A stretch of 63,386 nt of DNA, counting the filler. It is 10 parts of 10 records of this genome, joined end to end, with 100 filler letters (N's around TTAATTAATTAA, not from the genome) between each part and the next. Parts side by side here need not be neighbours in the genome. Positions count along the whole stretch, not along the records: positions 32,078 to 37,155 come from SRR7504441_4150; positions 37,256 to 40,400 come from SRR7504441_4153; positions 40,501 to 51,879 come from SRR7504441_4156; 7 more parts are not named here. One strand, written 5' to 3'. The notes below the pieces were generated by a model, which was not told the origin of the DNA, searched no databases, and worked only from the letters and a program-made list of their open reading frames with translations. A program made the translations under genes and the position numbers. Shown one piece after another: positions 33,961 to 44,694 of this stretch (position 1 is its first letter; every line of letters starts with the position of its first letter).

Positions 33961-36717
33961 ATGTTCTCGGGGGACGACGCGGGGTGTGATGGTGGTCACC
34001 CGCACGAGGTGTTCGGCGAGGGCGCGTTGCTTCGCAGCCTCTCAGGGGGCGATGGTGCCGGCTGGCCTGGCGCCGAGGGAGAGAAGGGCAGGCGCCCCTT
34101 CCGTCCTGGGCAAGATCGCCTCAAAGGGGTGGGTCGGCTGGGCCGGCGGCTGGCTGACCCGGCGCAGGCTGCTGGTCTCGACCGGGGCCTCCAGGCCCAA
34201 GACCCCTCTCTGCGGCGGGTGGGCGCCCCTGCGGGCTGCGCTCAGTTGGGTAGGTTGGACGGGAGCGAGCGCAAGAGCAAAGTGCGCCGGATCGACGTCG
34301 AAGTTCTCTCCCGGCAGAACCCGTCGCCAGTGGCCGGCCCGTCCCCAGTGGCCGGCCAGACGCTCCGGATCCCGGAGATTTGGCTGGGGAACAGCTCGGC
34401 GCAGGATCCGAGCTCGCCGGTGCAGCAGGCGTTCAGAGGGGCAAAGGTGCCGCACCAGGCGCTGCACCTGGAGCTGCCGGAGGAGGACCTCTCGATCCCG
34501 CAGGTGGCTCCGGCTGCGTGCGCCGCTCAGCGCGAGGGGCCAGTGGATGGGTCCGCTGCCGAATCGGAAACCGCACCCGTACAAGCGGCTGCAGATCACA
34601 AACATAGAGGTCGAGACCGGCAAGACCTCGGACGAGGTCCGAGAGGTCTGCCGGATGCTGGAGGTATCCACTCCCACCGCCGGGCCCCGACGGCCGCGTG
34701 CCAGGTTGGTCTGGCGATGCGCCGCAAGTACATCGGGGCAGACCAGGACGCCTACCAGCCAGCCAGCCAGGCCAACGCCCCGCCCTCGCCCTCGCCGCCG
34801 TACCAGCCGTTCGCGGGCCCGCTCCCGCCGGCCAGCCCGCATGTGGTCACCTGGGAGGCCGGGTGTGCGGTGGTGCGACACAGCTCGAGCGACACTCCGC
34901 TGTACGCTCCGGTCTCGCTAGACGTGTTTCTATCAGATTACATGGCCTTGCTCGGGATCGTGTGCGCGGCCCCAGTCGGATCTTTCACGTTCAACCGGCT
35001 CAAACTGCTCGAGGCAGGTAATCATAGCCGGACTGTGTGACACCGGTGCTCAGGAGAGATTCAAGCTGCATTTGCACTTGAACGAGCAGCAGGAACACGA
35101 CGAGATCCGAGCCAACCCGCACCGGGACTTCCACAATGTGCGCAAGGTGGACACGCACGTGCACTTGGCGGCGGCAATGAACAAGAAGCAGCTGCTGCTG
35201 TTTATCAAGGTATTTTGGGTGGGTCGGTGGCGGTCGCTGAGCCTGGTGCAGGGCAAGTTAGACACGGAGAGCACGCTGGTGGTGCATAAATCCAAGCAGG
35301 GCGAGTTGCAGACGCTCGGCCAAGTGTTTGAAAAGCTCGAGCTCAACTCGCGCGACTTGACTCTCGACCACCTAGACATGCATGCCGACAAGGGCACCTT
35401 CCACCGGTTCGATAGATTCAACCAAAAGTCCCGGCTCGTGCTGCCCTCTTTACTGGCCGGCAGGTACAATCCGTTTGGGGCCTCGGTGCTGCGCGAGATC
35501 TTTATTAAGACAGACAACTACCTCGGCGGGAGATACTTTGCAGAGATCCTCAAACAGATTTCGAACGACCTCGAGTCCCAAAAATACCAAATGTCGGAGC
35601 CTCGCGTATCAATCTACGGAAGGCCAGTCGCCCCGGGCTCGATCTGTTCCCTGAGCTGACCGGGCAGGTCGAGCGACGAGTGGACCAAGCTGGCTCAGTG
35701 GTTTACGAGCCATCAGGTATTCTCAGATAATGTGAGATTCCTGATCCAGGTGCCTGGCTCCTTGGGCATCCCGATCACCGGTAGGTGCCCCGGCTGTACA
35801 ATGTGTATTTCAAGTCCGGAATGGTAAAGTCATTCGACCAAGTGATGCACAACCTGTTCAATCCTCTGTTTGAGGTCTCTATCGACCCGAGCTCAAACCC
35901 GGCGCTGCACTATCTGCTCCAGCAAGTGGTAGGGTTTGACTCTGTGGATGATGAAAGCAAGATGGAGATCCCCTTAGCGCAGAACATGCCTTCGGCCCAC
36001 GAGTAATCCGCTTCCAGCCCGTGGTGCGATTACACGGTGGCAGGTGGTGCAACAGCGACAACCCGCCTTACACGTATTACCTTTACTATATGCACGTGAA
36101 CATCATGTCGCTCAACCAAATCCGACGGGCGCAGGGGCTCAACATCTTCAGCTTCCGGCCGCACTGTGGCGAGGCGGGCGACTTCGCTCACCTTGTCTCT
36201 GGGTACATGCTGGGTGATGCAATCAACCACGGCGTCACGCTACGCAAGTGCCCAGGGATACAGTACTTGTACTACTTAGCTCAGGCAACGCGAGCCCCTG
36301 TCGGATCTGACCAGCCAGCAGGTGGGGATTGCGATGTCTCCAACCAGCAACAACACGCTGTTCTTGCCTTACACCAAGAATCCGTTCCCAACCTACTTCA
36401 AGCAGGGTCTCAATGTTTCGATCTCGACCGATGATCCGGTCCAGTTTCATCACACGCGCGAGCCGCTGATGGAGGAATACAACATGGTCAGCCAGTTTTA
36501 CAAGCTCTCGGCGGTCGATCAGTGCGAGCTGGCTCGGAACTCTGTGCTGCAGTCAGGATTTGAGCACTCTGTTAAGCAATACTGGCTGGGAGATGACTAC
36601 AGCAAGGGTGTGAACGACATCACCCGGACCAACGTGCCGCCCACCCGTGTCGAGTTTAGGCGAGATACGCTTAGAGACGAGCTCCGTTTGATCAAGGTGC
36701 TCGAGACCGCCCTGTGA
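33961..36717 (+). CDS. AMPD: AMP deaminase
   Basis: [54 protein letters not shown] and [12 protein letters not shown]; about 11 short introns, 3 of them GC-AG. Confidence 0.96.
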
Positions 36718-36933
36718 GATGTTGATCATGAGTCATGATCGATCGTTTCTAATACATGTGATTATAGCTATCTAGAGCACCTAGTGTTAGATACGTATAC
36801 GCGCAACGAACGACAAGTACCTGGTACTACCCGGTAGTACCTGGTATTTCAAGTACTTTATAATACCGTACCATTGAGTTATTGAGTTCATCGTCATCTC
36901 GTTTACAACGGCAACGTCGATCAAGCAATCTCG

Positions 36934-37155
36934 ATGCATCGGTCCCAGCGGGCAAATAGGACTGTGTCGGCGGCGCTACTGGCAGCCGCTGGGCTGCTGG
37001 CCAGCGTGGCCGACGGATTCGTTGCAGTGTGGAACTGCCCTTACATGGGCCGCGCCCTGGCGCACAACAACTTCGGCATCACCGCCAACCCTTCCGGCGG
37101 GTTCAACGGCTCTGCCGTGACCCTGTTCTACACTCTCAGCCATGTTAGCTAAAAT
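36934..37155 (+). CDS. GH56 hyaluronidase-like N-terminal fragment (cut by contig end)
   Basis: Signal peptide then FVAVWNCP...FGITANPSGGFNGSAVTLFY, resembling the GH56 N-terminal F..VWNAP...NP...F.G..ITIFY. Confidence 0.55.
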
Positions 37156-37255
37156 NNNNNNNNNNNNNNNNNNNNNNNNNNNNNNNNNNNNNNNNNNNNT
37201 TAATTAATTAANNNNNNNNNNNNNNNNNNNNNNNNNNNNNNNNNNNNNNNNNNNN
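37156..37255. other. Artificial contig linker
   Basis: N44-TTAATTAATTAA-N44. Confidence 0.99.
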
Positions 37256-37387
37256 CCAGCACCTTCACCAGCAACTCCCCCTCCAACCGCTCCTGCAAGC
37301 TCCGCGCCATTCCAAGTGCTGCAGCTGGGAAAACAGTTTTCTCCCGGGAAAACCCCGCAGTGTGATCTCGGCTGCCCGACTCCCAGG

Positions 37388-40324
37388 ATGGGGGCCAGCA
37401 GCTGCCTGGCCTGGCTGCTGATGTCCACCTGCCTGGCCTGGCCGCTGCTCACCGGGACGGCCGGAGACCCACTTGCGGCCCGGCTGCAATCGCTGGCCTT
37501 CCTGAACAAAGGGACAGTCCGGGCCACCGACTCCTTCAGTCGGCTGACCCAGTGCAACGGTTTCAGCGAGTGCTTGGTGGCCTGGACCTGCGCCGGTGTC
37601 CGCGACTACCTCTACGATACGACCCAACAGTCCAGGCCCAAACCTCCGCCGGTGGGTATGCGGTCGGCCGTCCCGCTCGGGGGGCTCGGCACCGGCACCT
37701 TCGAGCTCAGGGCCGACGGCAGCTTCGCCGACTGGCAGCTCGAGAATCAGGGCCCCGCGCTCGCGACCAACGAGGTCCAGAACTCGAAGCTACCCAAGCT
37801 GGCTGGGGCCGTACTCGGGGTGAAGGTCGGGCCGTTCGCCACTTCCCTCCAGACCCACCCGGAAGCCGGCCTGCCCGCCGCCGAGGCGCTCGCCTACTCT
37901 GGGGCCTACCCCTTCTCTCGGCACCGGCTCAACGACAGCCGGGTGCCGGCGGGCATGTCAGTCGAGCTTTACTCGTACTCGGCATTTGAGCTGTATAATG
38001 AGAATGCGTCAGCGTTGCCTGCAGTAGCGTTCACGTTGGTACTGCGGAACACAGGCAGTGAGCAGACAGATGCCAGCTTCCTGCTCGCACTGCCGCTGGC
38101 ATCGACAGCATCGACCTCGCGCCGCAGCAGCGACAACACCACGGTGGTCAAGACCGTAGCAGCTGCCAGCACACCCGCAGCGTGCCTCAAAGCGTGCGAT
38201 GCAGAGCCCTTGTGCTCTTACTGGGATTGGCATCTCTTGGGGCCTGGCCCTGGGTGCACCCTGCACCGTGGCGCCCCAGCAGTGCAACAGTACCTGCCAA
38301 ATCAAACAGTCTGCTCCGGTGTCAAGGGGATTTGGCAAAAGGAGTTTACCACAGCTGGCGGCAGCCCACAGCTGCGGCATACCCGTGCAAACGTGCTGTA
38401 TGATAATGCGAGCACCATGGACCCAGCGGCGGCTTTGGGCGACTACACCCTTCTTGCTGGCGCTGGGGCCACAGAGGTGACCGTATCGACAGGTGACACC
38501 GCCGGAGAGATCTGGCAAGACTTTGCTCAGGACGGCGTGCTGCAGGCTGCCGTTGCCTCCGCAGCAGGCTCGGGCGCCATAGCTGCCCGTGCCACTGTCC
38601 CTGCCGGAGGGAGCAAGAGCCTCACCCTGGTGTTTGGCTGGAGGTTTCCGAATCGAAATTATGTGGGCGAGGAGCTTGGGAACCAGTACGCAGAAATCTA
38701 CTCGTCCTCTGCTGTCGCGGCTGCAAGTATGGCCTCTCGCAGCTTGCAGATTGCCACAGAGGGCGCCAGCTTTCATCAGCTCTTCACAAACAGCTCTTAT
38801 CCATGTTGGTTCTCGGACTTTCTAATCAACAGTTTGGCGACACAGCCCAAGATGGGAATCTGGGTGACAAAGCAGTGCCCCAAGTGCAATCCGACACTGG
38901 TAAATGGCCATCTGCCTGGATCCACTGCAAATGGAAGGTATCGGACCTACGAGGCATTCTCAGGCTGCGACCTAGACCCAGTGCATGTGTCCGACTACCA
39001 CCAGATCCCATACGCGAGCTTCTACCCGTCTCTCACCAAGAACCTCATATATACCGGCTGGGCAGAGATGCAGCGGGCTGACACCGGGATGATCCAGGAA
39101 GTGCTTGGCAGCATGGGGGCAGCTGGGCGCATCACTGGACCGATGGATGAGTCTGCTGGAGGGCGCACAATGAGTGATACTACCACCATTTTCATCCTGG
39201 ACACTCTACAGGTATATCTGAACACAGCAGACCTGGCGTTTGTGAAAGCCTTGTGGCCGCACCTGGTACGCGCAGCGCAGTGGCAAATCGCCAGGACGCT
39301 GGAGGGCAGTGGCTTCCCCCACCATCTGCAGAACACGTACGACTACCTGGGGCTGGATAAGTATCCGAATGCGGCTTATTCGGGATTCACACACATGGCT
39401 GCGATGCGAGCAATTGTCAAGCTCGCTGATGCGGTTGGAGATAAGAGCGAGCTCTCGGCCAATGCAACTGCATCCGAGCTGCTCTGCGCTGCCACAATGA
39501 ACGCGAGCTTGTGGACAGGGACGCACTGGCGGGCAGCGGCACCCTGGCCGCACAAGGATGCGATCATGTCTGGCACGCTTCACGGCCAGTCGTGGAGCAA
39601 CCTTCTTGGGCTTGGGCTGCTAGCCCCGAGAGAGCAGCTACTAAGCCACATTCGGATGGAGGTTGAAACCAATTGCGCGTACGACAAGACAGGCCAGTGC
39701 GTATTGGGCCAGCAGACGCTCCCACAGGCCCCGGCCCAAGCTAGTTGGGCGCTCGACGGCTCACCAAGTATGAATTTTGACACAGCTGCCAACGCAATGT
39801 GGGTGGGTGGGGAGGGCTTTGATGGCACGAGTGTCGTTGGCGCAAAGGCGGTGATTGCACTGTACCACGCGAAGAAAAACGATCTCTGGGATTGGAAGGA
39901 CCTGCACATGGGGCCTGATGGCAAGAAGTGCGGCCTCACCGATCGGCCTCAGGGCCCTGCACTGGCCGGCGAGCCGTTTGTGAATGCGCATTATGCACGG
40001 CAGTTACAAGGCTGGATGGTCCAACGCGCTGCGACCGGCCAAATGTTCGACGCCCCAGCCAAGACACTGAGCTTCAAGCCACCACTCTCGCTTGCAACCG
40101 CTGGCTCCAAGCTTCCGTGGTTCACTGGCTCAGCTGCTGGCATGCTCATCCTTGGCACCAAGCAATCTGCTGGGGAGGTGTCGAATAGAGCGCCGCACCA
40201 GATCCTCGTCACCTTGGGCTCGTTGCCGAAGGGTCTAAATGTTTCAGTTCGGGTTAGCAGCTGGCAGAGCGAGGTGGTGCTCGACCGGGAGCTACTGCCC
40301 GGGGAGATAGCGACCCTCGCCTAA
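37388..40324 (+). CDS. Secreted GH116 (GBA2-like) glycosidase with PAN/Apple-like insert
   Basis: AVPLGGLGTGTFELRADGSFADW, YSGAYP, TYEAFSGCDLDPVHV, LQNTYD and HYAR; insert CLKACDAEPLCSYWDW...CTL. Intronless. Confidence 0.88.
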   Translation: MGASSCLAWLLMSTCLAWPLLTGTAGDPLAARLQSLAFLNKGTVRATDSFSRLTQCNGFSECLVAWTCAGVRDYLYDTTQQSRPKPPPVGMRSAVPLGGLGTGTFELRADGSFADWQLENQGPALATNEVQNSKLPKLAGAVLGVKVGPFATSLQTHPEAGLPAAEALAYSGAYPFSRHRLNDSRVPAGMSVELYSYSAFELYNENASALPAVAFTLVLRNTGSEQTDASFLLALPLASTASTSRRSSDNTTVVKTVAAASTPAACLKACDAEPLCSYWDWHLLGPGPGCTLHRGAPAVQQYLPNQTVCSGVKGIWQKEFTTAGGSPQLRHTRANVLYDNASTMDPAAALGDYTLLAGAGATEVTVSTGDTAGEIWQDFAQDGVLQAAVASAAGSGAIAARATVPAGGSKSLTLVFGWRFPNRNYVGEELGNQYAEIYSSSAVAAASMASRSLQIATEGASFHQLFTNSSYPCWFSDFLINSLATQPKMGIWVTKQCPKCNPTLVNGHLPGSTANGRYRTYEAFSGCDLDPVHVSDYHQIPYASFYPSLTKNLIYTGWAEMQRADTGMIQEVLGSMGAAGRITGPMDESAGGRTMSDTTTIFILDTLQVYLNTADLAFVKALWPHLVRAAQWQIARTLEGSGFPHHLQNTYDYLGLDKYPNAAYSGFTHMAAMRAIVKLADAVGDKSELSANATASELLCAATMNASLWTGTHWRAAAPWPHKDAIMSGTLHGQSWSNLLGLGLLAPREQLLSHIRMEVETNCAYDKTGQCVLGQQTLPQAPAQASWALDGSPSMNFDTAANAMWVGGEGFDGTSVVGAKAVIALYHAKKNDLWDWKDLHMGPDGKKCGLTDRPQGPALAGEPFVNAHYARQLQGWMVQRAATGQMFDAPAKTLSFKPPLSLATAGSKLPWFTGSAAGMLILGTKQSAGEVSNRAPHQILVTLGSLPKGLNVSVRVSSWQSEVVLDRELLPGEIATLA

Positions 40325-40400
40325 TGTATTTTTAATGTATTTTATTCGATCCTGTATGATGTGTACATATTTAGGGGTTCAAACCAGGCAAATTCCCCGT

Positions 40401-40500
40401 NNNNNNNNNNNNNNNNNNNNNNNNNNNNNNNNNNNNNNNNNNNNTTAATTAATTAANNNNNNNNNNNNNNNNNNNNNNNNNNNNNNNNNNNNNNNNNNNN
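40401..40500. other. Artificial contig linker
   Basis: N44-TTAATTAATTAA-N44. Confidence 0.99.
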
Positions 40501-40651
40501 TGGTTGGTTTTCTGGTTGGTGCTTTGGTTGATGCTTTCTTCCGACGGCGACGCCCAGCCATGCTCTCTTCTGCTCCTTCGTTGAGGTCGACCGCGGCGAC
40601 GGCAACAAGCAGGAGCGCGCACGCCAGCACGAGCAGCCGACGGCGAGCCAT
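40501..40651 (-). CDS. 5' fragment of a secreted protein with PT-repeat linker
   Basis: Signal peptide MARRRLLVLACALLLVAVAA, then KAPTRKPT running into the gap. Confidence 0.55.
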
Positions 40652-40951
40652 GTCACACGCAAATCACAAAGGAGATTAAAGTGCGGATTTCAACTATTGC
40701 GCTCTGACCGCCGCACGGCCACCGTCTCCAGAGCAGACGGCCACGAGGAAAGCCACCACCGGCGCGCACAGCGGTGTCACTTGGTGACGCCGGGTGATCA
40801 CCTGTGATTTGTGATCCACTCGTGATATTGCCAGCTGCAGGTGTGTCGACAACGGATATTGCCTGGGTTTGAGCTGACCCGGCTGTGGAGGGCGACAGTA
40901 GGTGCTGGGCGTGGGCCGTGCTGGGGCAGCTTCACACTTGAAGTCGAGCTG

Positions 40952-42890
40952 ATGATCGCTGCTGAGCGGGGTATCTCGAGCACGCGCTCCTCCTCGTCCG
41001 AGTTCCAGGCGGTCTGGGTGCTCGACGACAGCTCCTTCCCGCCTTGCAGCCCGCCGCTGCCCGTCCAGCCGCCCTCAGGTCCGGCTGCCGGCCCCGGATC
41101 GGGCCAGCCCCGGGCTCAGGCAGCGCTCTCTCGCTCGGATGCGCGGTGGTGCTGATCGTGCTCCAGTCTGTGGTATTCGGTCTGGTCCAAGCCATGCCGG
41201 TCCGCCCTGGGCCCGGCCACCGCCCGATCGGCCGGCCAGTTCGAGCACCTGGACCGGCCGCCGGGCTCGGCCCAGGACTATCAGATGTCCATGGTGATTC
41301 TAGCCGAGCTGCTGGGCGCCGCTGTCGGGTGCCTTGCCTGCTCGACCGGTCTGCTCACTCGGGCTGCAGCTCTGGGCTGGCCTTCATACCCTCAGACAGG
41401 TAGCACGCACAGCCGTCCGTGCCCAACTGGGCGGCGCAGGTGCGGCCGGCGGTGGGTGCTGCTTGCCAACAGTGGGCCGCTGATCGGCGGAAGCCTGCTG
41501 TGCACGGCCACATATATAAAGGCGTTCGGGATGGAGGCCAACCGGCTGGGCACTGTGGTGTATGGGAGTGGCCGCTGCCTGCTCGGAGTCGGGGTCGGGT
41601 CGGCTGCCGTGGTGGTTCCGGTGCTGCTGGCGGAGGTGGCGCCACCGGGCTGGTGGCTGTGTATGGAACTGCGGCTGCTCAGCTGCTCGGCAGGCGGGGG
41701 ACGTTCATAGTTTGCCACCAGTTTGCGATCAGCCTCGGGTCCCCTGAGCCTAACCCTAGCCTCCGGTTGCCGGTGCGCCCAGCTGACGCCGCTGCAGGAT
41801 CATGTTAGGCCAGACCTGGCTCTGGCTAGCTGGCAGCCAGCGGGTGCTCTATGTGAGCGCGCTGCCCGACTCGCTCAAAGTGCTGATGCACCTCGCGCTG
41901 ATCGTGCCCGTGCTGATTCAGGCAGCCCGACTCGCCCGGAGGCCACTCACCGCTGCGCAGTTGGCTGCACGCAGATGGGTGCCTGAATCCCCGCGCTATC
42001 TAGTCCGCAGGTCCAGCCCTGCCGCCGCGGCCGAGGCGCTGGCTGCTCTCCGGCCCAAGTCTTACTCGCACGAGGACCTCGAGTACGAGCTGCTCTCGCT
42101 GGTTGAGGACTACAGGGCCGAGCTCCCCTCGACCGGCTGGCTGCTCGGTGAGATCATCCGCCAGCCTGCCCAGATGTGGATAGCCGGCGGCTTGCTGCTG
42201 CTTAACGCGCTCACTGGAATCAACGTGCTGGTCTACTATGGCGCCGCGATCCTGAATGTGCGCCGGCCCGCCAGGCCCAGCCCGAGCCGTGCGGGCAGAG
42301 GCTCCCAAAGTTGGTCGGGGCCACCTGGCTGCCGCTGCTCTTCCCTGCTGCCATGTGTGTCGGGGCTCTGGTCCCGCTCGGATGGATCGACAAGTTTGGC
42401 CGGACCCGGCTGCTGCTGGCTGGTACGCTGATGATGGCGGCGGCCTACTTTGTGCTCGGGGCGCTGTTTATGGCCAAGAGCTTGCCAGTCCCGCTCCAGT
42501 GCACCGCAGTGGCCATGATGGTGCTCTATGTGAGCGGGTTTGCGATCGGACTCGGCTCGGTGCCCTGGGTGGTGATTATCGAGGCAACTGCCAGCACGGC
42601 GCAATTTAAACATGATGGGTGGTGCCCAGGTGTTTCCCACTCGGACCAGGCAAGCTGCAATCGGGTGCCCGGCTGTGGCTGACTGCGGCTGAGCCGAGCG
42701 CAGGATGTGGATGTCCCTCAACTGGATGATCAACTTTGCGTACGCCGAAGGGTTCCGGCAGGTGGGCTGGGAGAACCAGTCGAATTATGTGCTGGGCGGC
42801 TGGTTTATTGGGCTCGGGTCGATATCAGCGCTAGCCCTCGTGTTCGTGCATTGGGTACCGGAGACCTCCGGGCATAGTCTCATCATTTAA
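40952..42890 (+). CDS. MFS sugar-porter-family transporter (many introns; start approximate)
   Basis: GRCLLGVGVG...LAEVAP, VPESPRYL, LTGINVLVYYG, IDKFGRTRLLL, PWVVIIE|VFPTRTR and VPETSG. Confidence 0.85.
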
Positions 42891-43057
42891 TGATAAATTC
42901 AAGGTCGTACTAAGGCCGTACGAGGTTAGTAAGGGGCCAACATGAACATTGGTCTTCGCCATTCAATTAGCTAGCTAGGGGCCAATTGCAATAAGCTTTA
43001 TCATACCGGTACGAGTACTAAGCTTACGTACTGTATACTCATATGAGTCACGATGGA

Positions 43058-44011
43058 TCAAAAGTAGTAAACTTGCTCAAAGTAGCCGCCGTTGGCGCCG
43101 GTGTACACCGGGCTGTACGAGTAAATCAGCTCCTCAGGCGCCACCGGGCCCCGGCTGCTCAGTCGAGTCTGAGCCACAAAGAAGTCTGCGAGTGCTTGCG
43201 AGCTGGCGACCGCAGCCGCCGAGTGTGGGATGGCGTAGTCTACCCGCCACTCAAAGTTGTTCTTCTCCGGGTGGAACTGTGTCCCGAAAACCGGCCACTC
43301 CTTTGCCTGCACCACCGCAGCGAACGGCTTGCCCTTCCGGTCGCTGTTGCTCGCGAGCAATGCAAAGAACGAGCTCAGGCCGGGGTGTGTGCCAAAGCTC
43401 TCCGGTCGGACCCCCATCGAGTGCATGTTCATAGTGATGTTCTGCTCGCCCAGCGCTGCCAGCGCCACCGGGGCCTGATCGCGCAGCTGGCGCCACATCC
43501 GGCTCCGGCTGGCCGACGAGGTCCACTCGAGTGCCAGCGGCAGGTTCTCGGCGTCGTAGCCGCTCTCGAGCACCGAGTGGTCGCCCCCGCGCATCGGGTC
43601 GGCCCCGAGCACGTTGATCAGCTCGAACCCGAGGCAGGTGCCCCAGAGCGGGAACGGGTCGCCCGCTGCGGTCGAGTTGAGTCCGAACTCCCACACCCGC
43701 CGGGCGGCCTTGAAGAAGGCCGAGTCCGCGGCCAGGCTGGAGCCGCCGCCCGGGAAGAGCACCCCGTTCAGGTCAGCCAGCCGGCTGAGCAGCGCCGGAT
43801 CGTCAAACTTGAGCGGGACGGCCCGGGCGCCGGCGCTCTCGAGCCACTTGACGTAGCTGGCCGCGATGTAAGAGCTGGCGTTGGCCGGGGCTGGGCCGGA
43901 CTCGAGCGGCTGGCTCATGATCCCGATCGCCGGACCCGGCACAGGCGCCCCGCCCACCAGGGCCGCAGCGCTCAGCGCCGCGATGAAGACTACGGCAGAC
44001 ATCGGCGACAT
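43058..44011 (-). CDS. GGH: Gamma-glutamyl hydrolase (peptidase C26)
   Basis: Signal peptide; YIAASYVKWLESAGARAVP, NGVLFPGG, FPLWGTCLGFE and QFHPEK. Intronless. Confidence 0.95.
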   Translation of the reverse strand: MSPMSAVVFIAALSAAALVGGAPVPGPAIGIMSQPLESGPAPANASSYIAASYVKWLESAGARAVPLKFDDPALLSRLADLNGVLFPGGGSSLAADSAFFKAARRVWEFGLNSTAAGDPFPLWGTCLGFELINVLGADPMRGGDHSVLESGYDAENLPLALEWTSSASRSRMWRQLRDQAPVALAALGEQNITMNMHSMGVRPESFGTHPGLSSFFALLASNSDRKGKPFAAVVQAKEWPVFGTQFHPEKNNFEWRVDYAIPHSAAAVASSQALADFFVAQTRLSSRGPVAPEELIYSYSPVYTGANGGYFEQVYYF

Positions 44012-44694
44012 GAGCAGGTTGGGCCCTACTGATGTCCGTTGTTGGGGCCGGCGGGACCTCGCCTGGCCCGCGGGGGTCTCGGCAAGGTGATCGCCAAGCT
44101 CGCCAAACTCAGAATGCCCAAAAGCTGGAGGCGCGGCTCGAGGGTGGGGTAAGCGTGTGCCGCCTCTCGCTGTCTGGAAGCGCTTCAAGGGCATGGACGT
44201 TCGCCCAGCACCGAGCAAAAGCTCCAAAACTGGAGCCCACGTCTCGCGCAGTCGCGCTCAGGGCGGCCTCGGGGCTTGCCGCTGGCACTCCCTCGGGAGT
44301 GGCGGTTGGTGGCAGGACTACGAGTAGGAGAAGCTCATCCTCCCACCCAGTTTGGAGAAATGTTAAAATGTTTGTTCTGGATCGACACACATTGCACTAG
44401 ATAAAGAGTTGTTTGGAGATCGATTCTAGCTAAGCTGATAACGCGCGCGATAGATTCGATTTTTATAGGCTGTTCGACAAGGTCACGAACTGCAGTCGCA
44501 ATAGACTATAAGCGAGCTGGGTGTTTGATATATATGCCAATTAAACATAAAGGTGTATAGTGATTGGACTAACTACACCCAGCTACACAACAAGTGACCG
44601 CTAGCGCTGTTAGTACCCGCTCTCCGTCACACGAGCATCATTGAGCAACAACAACAACACAACGGACTCTGTCCGGCGACGCCGGTGCGGAGAG

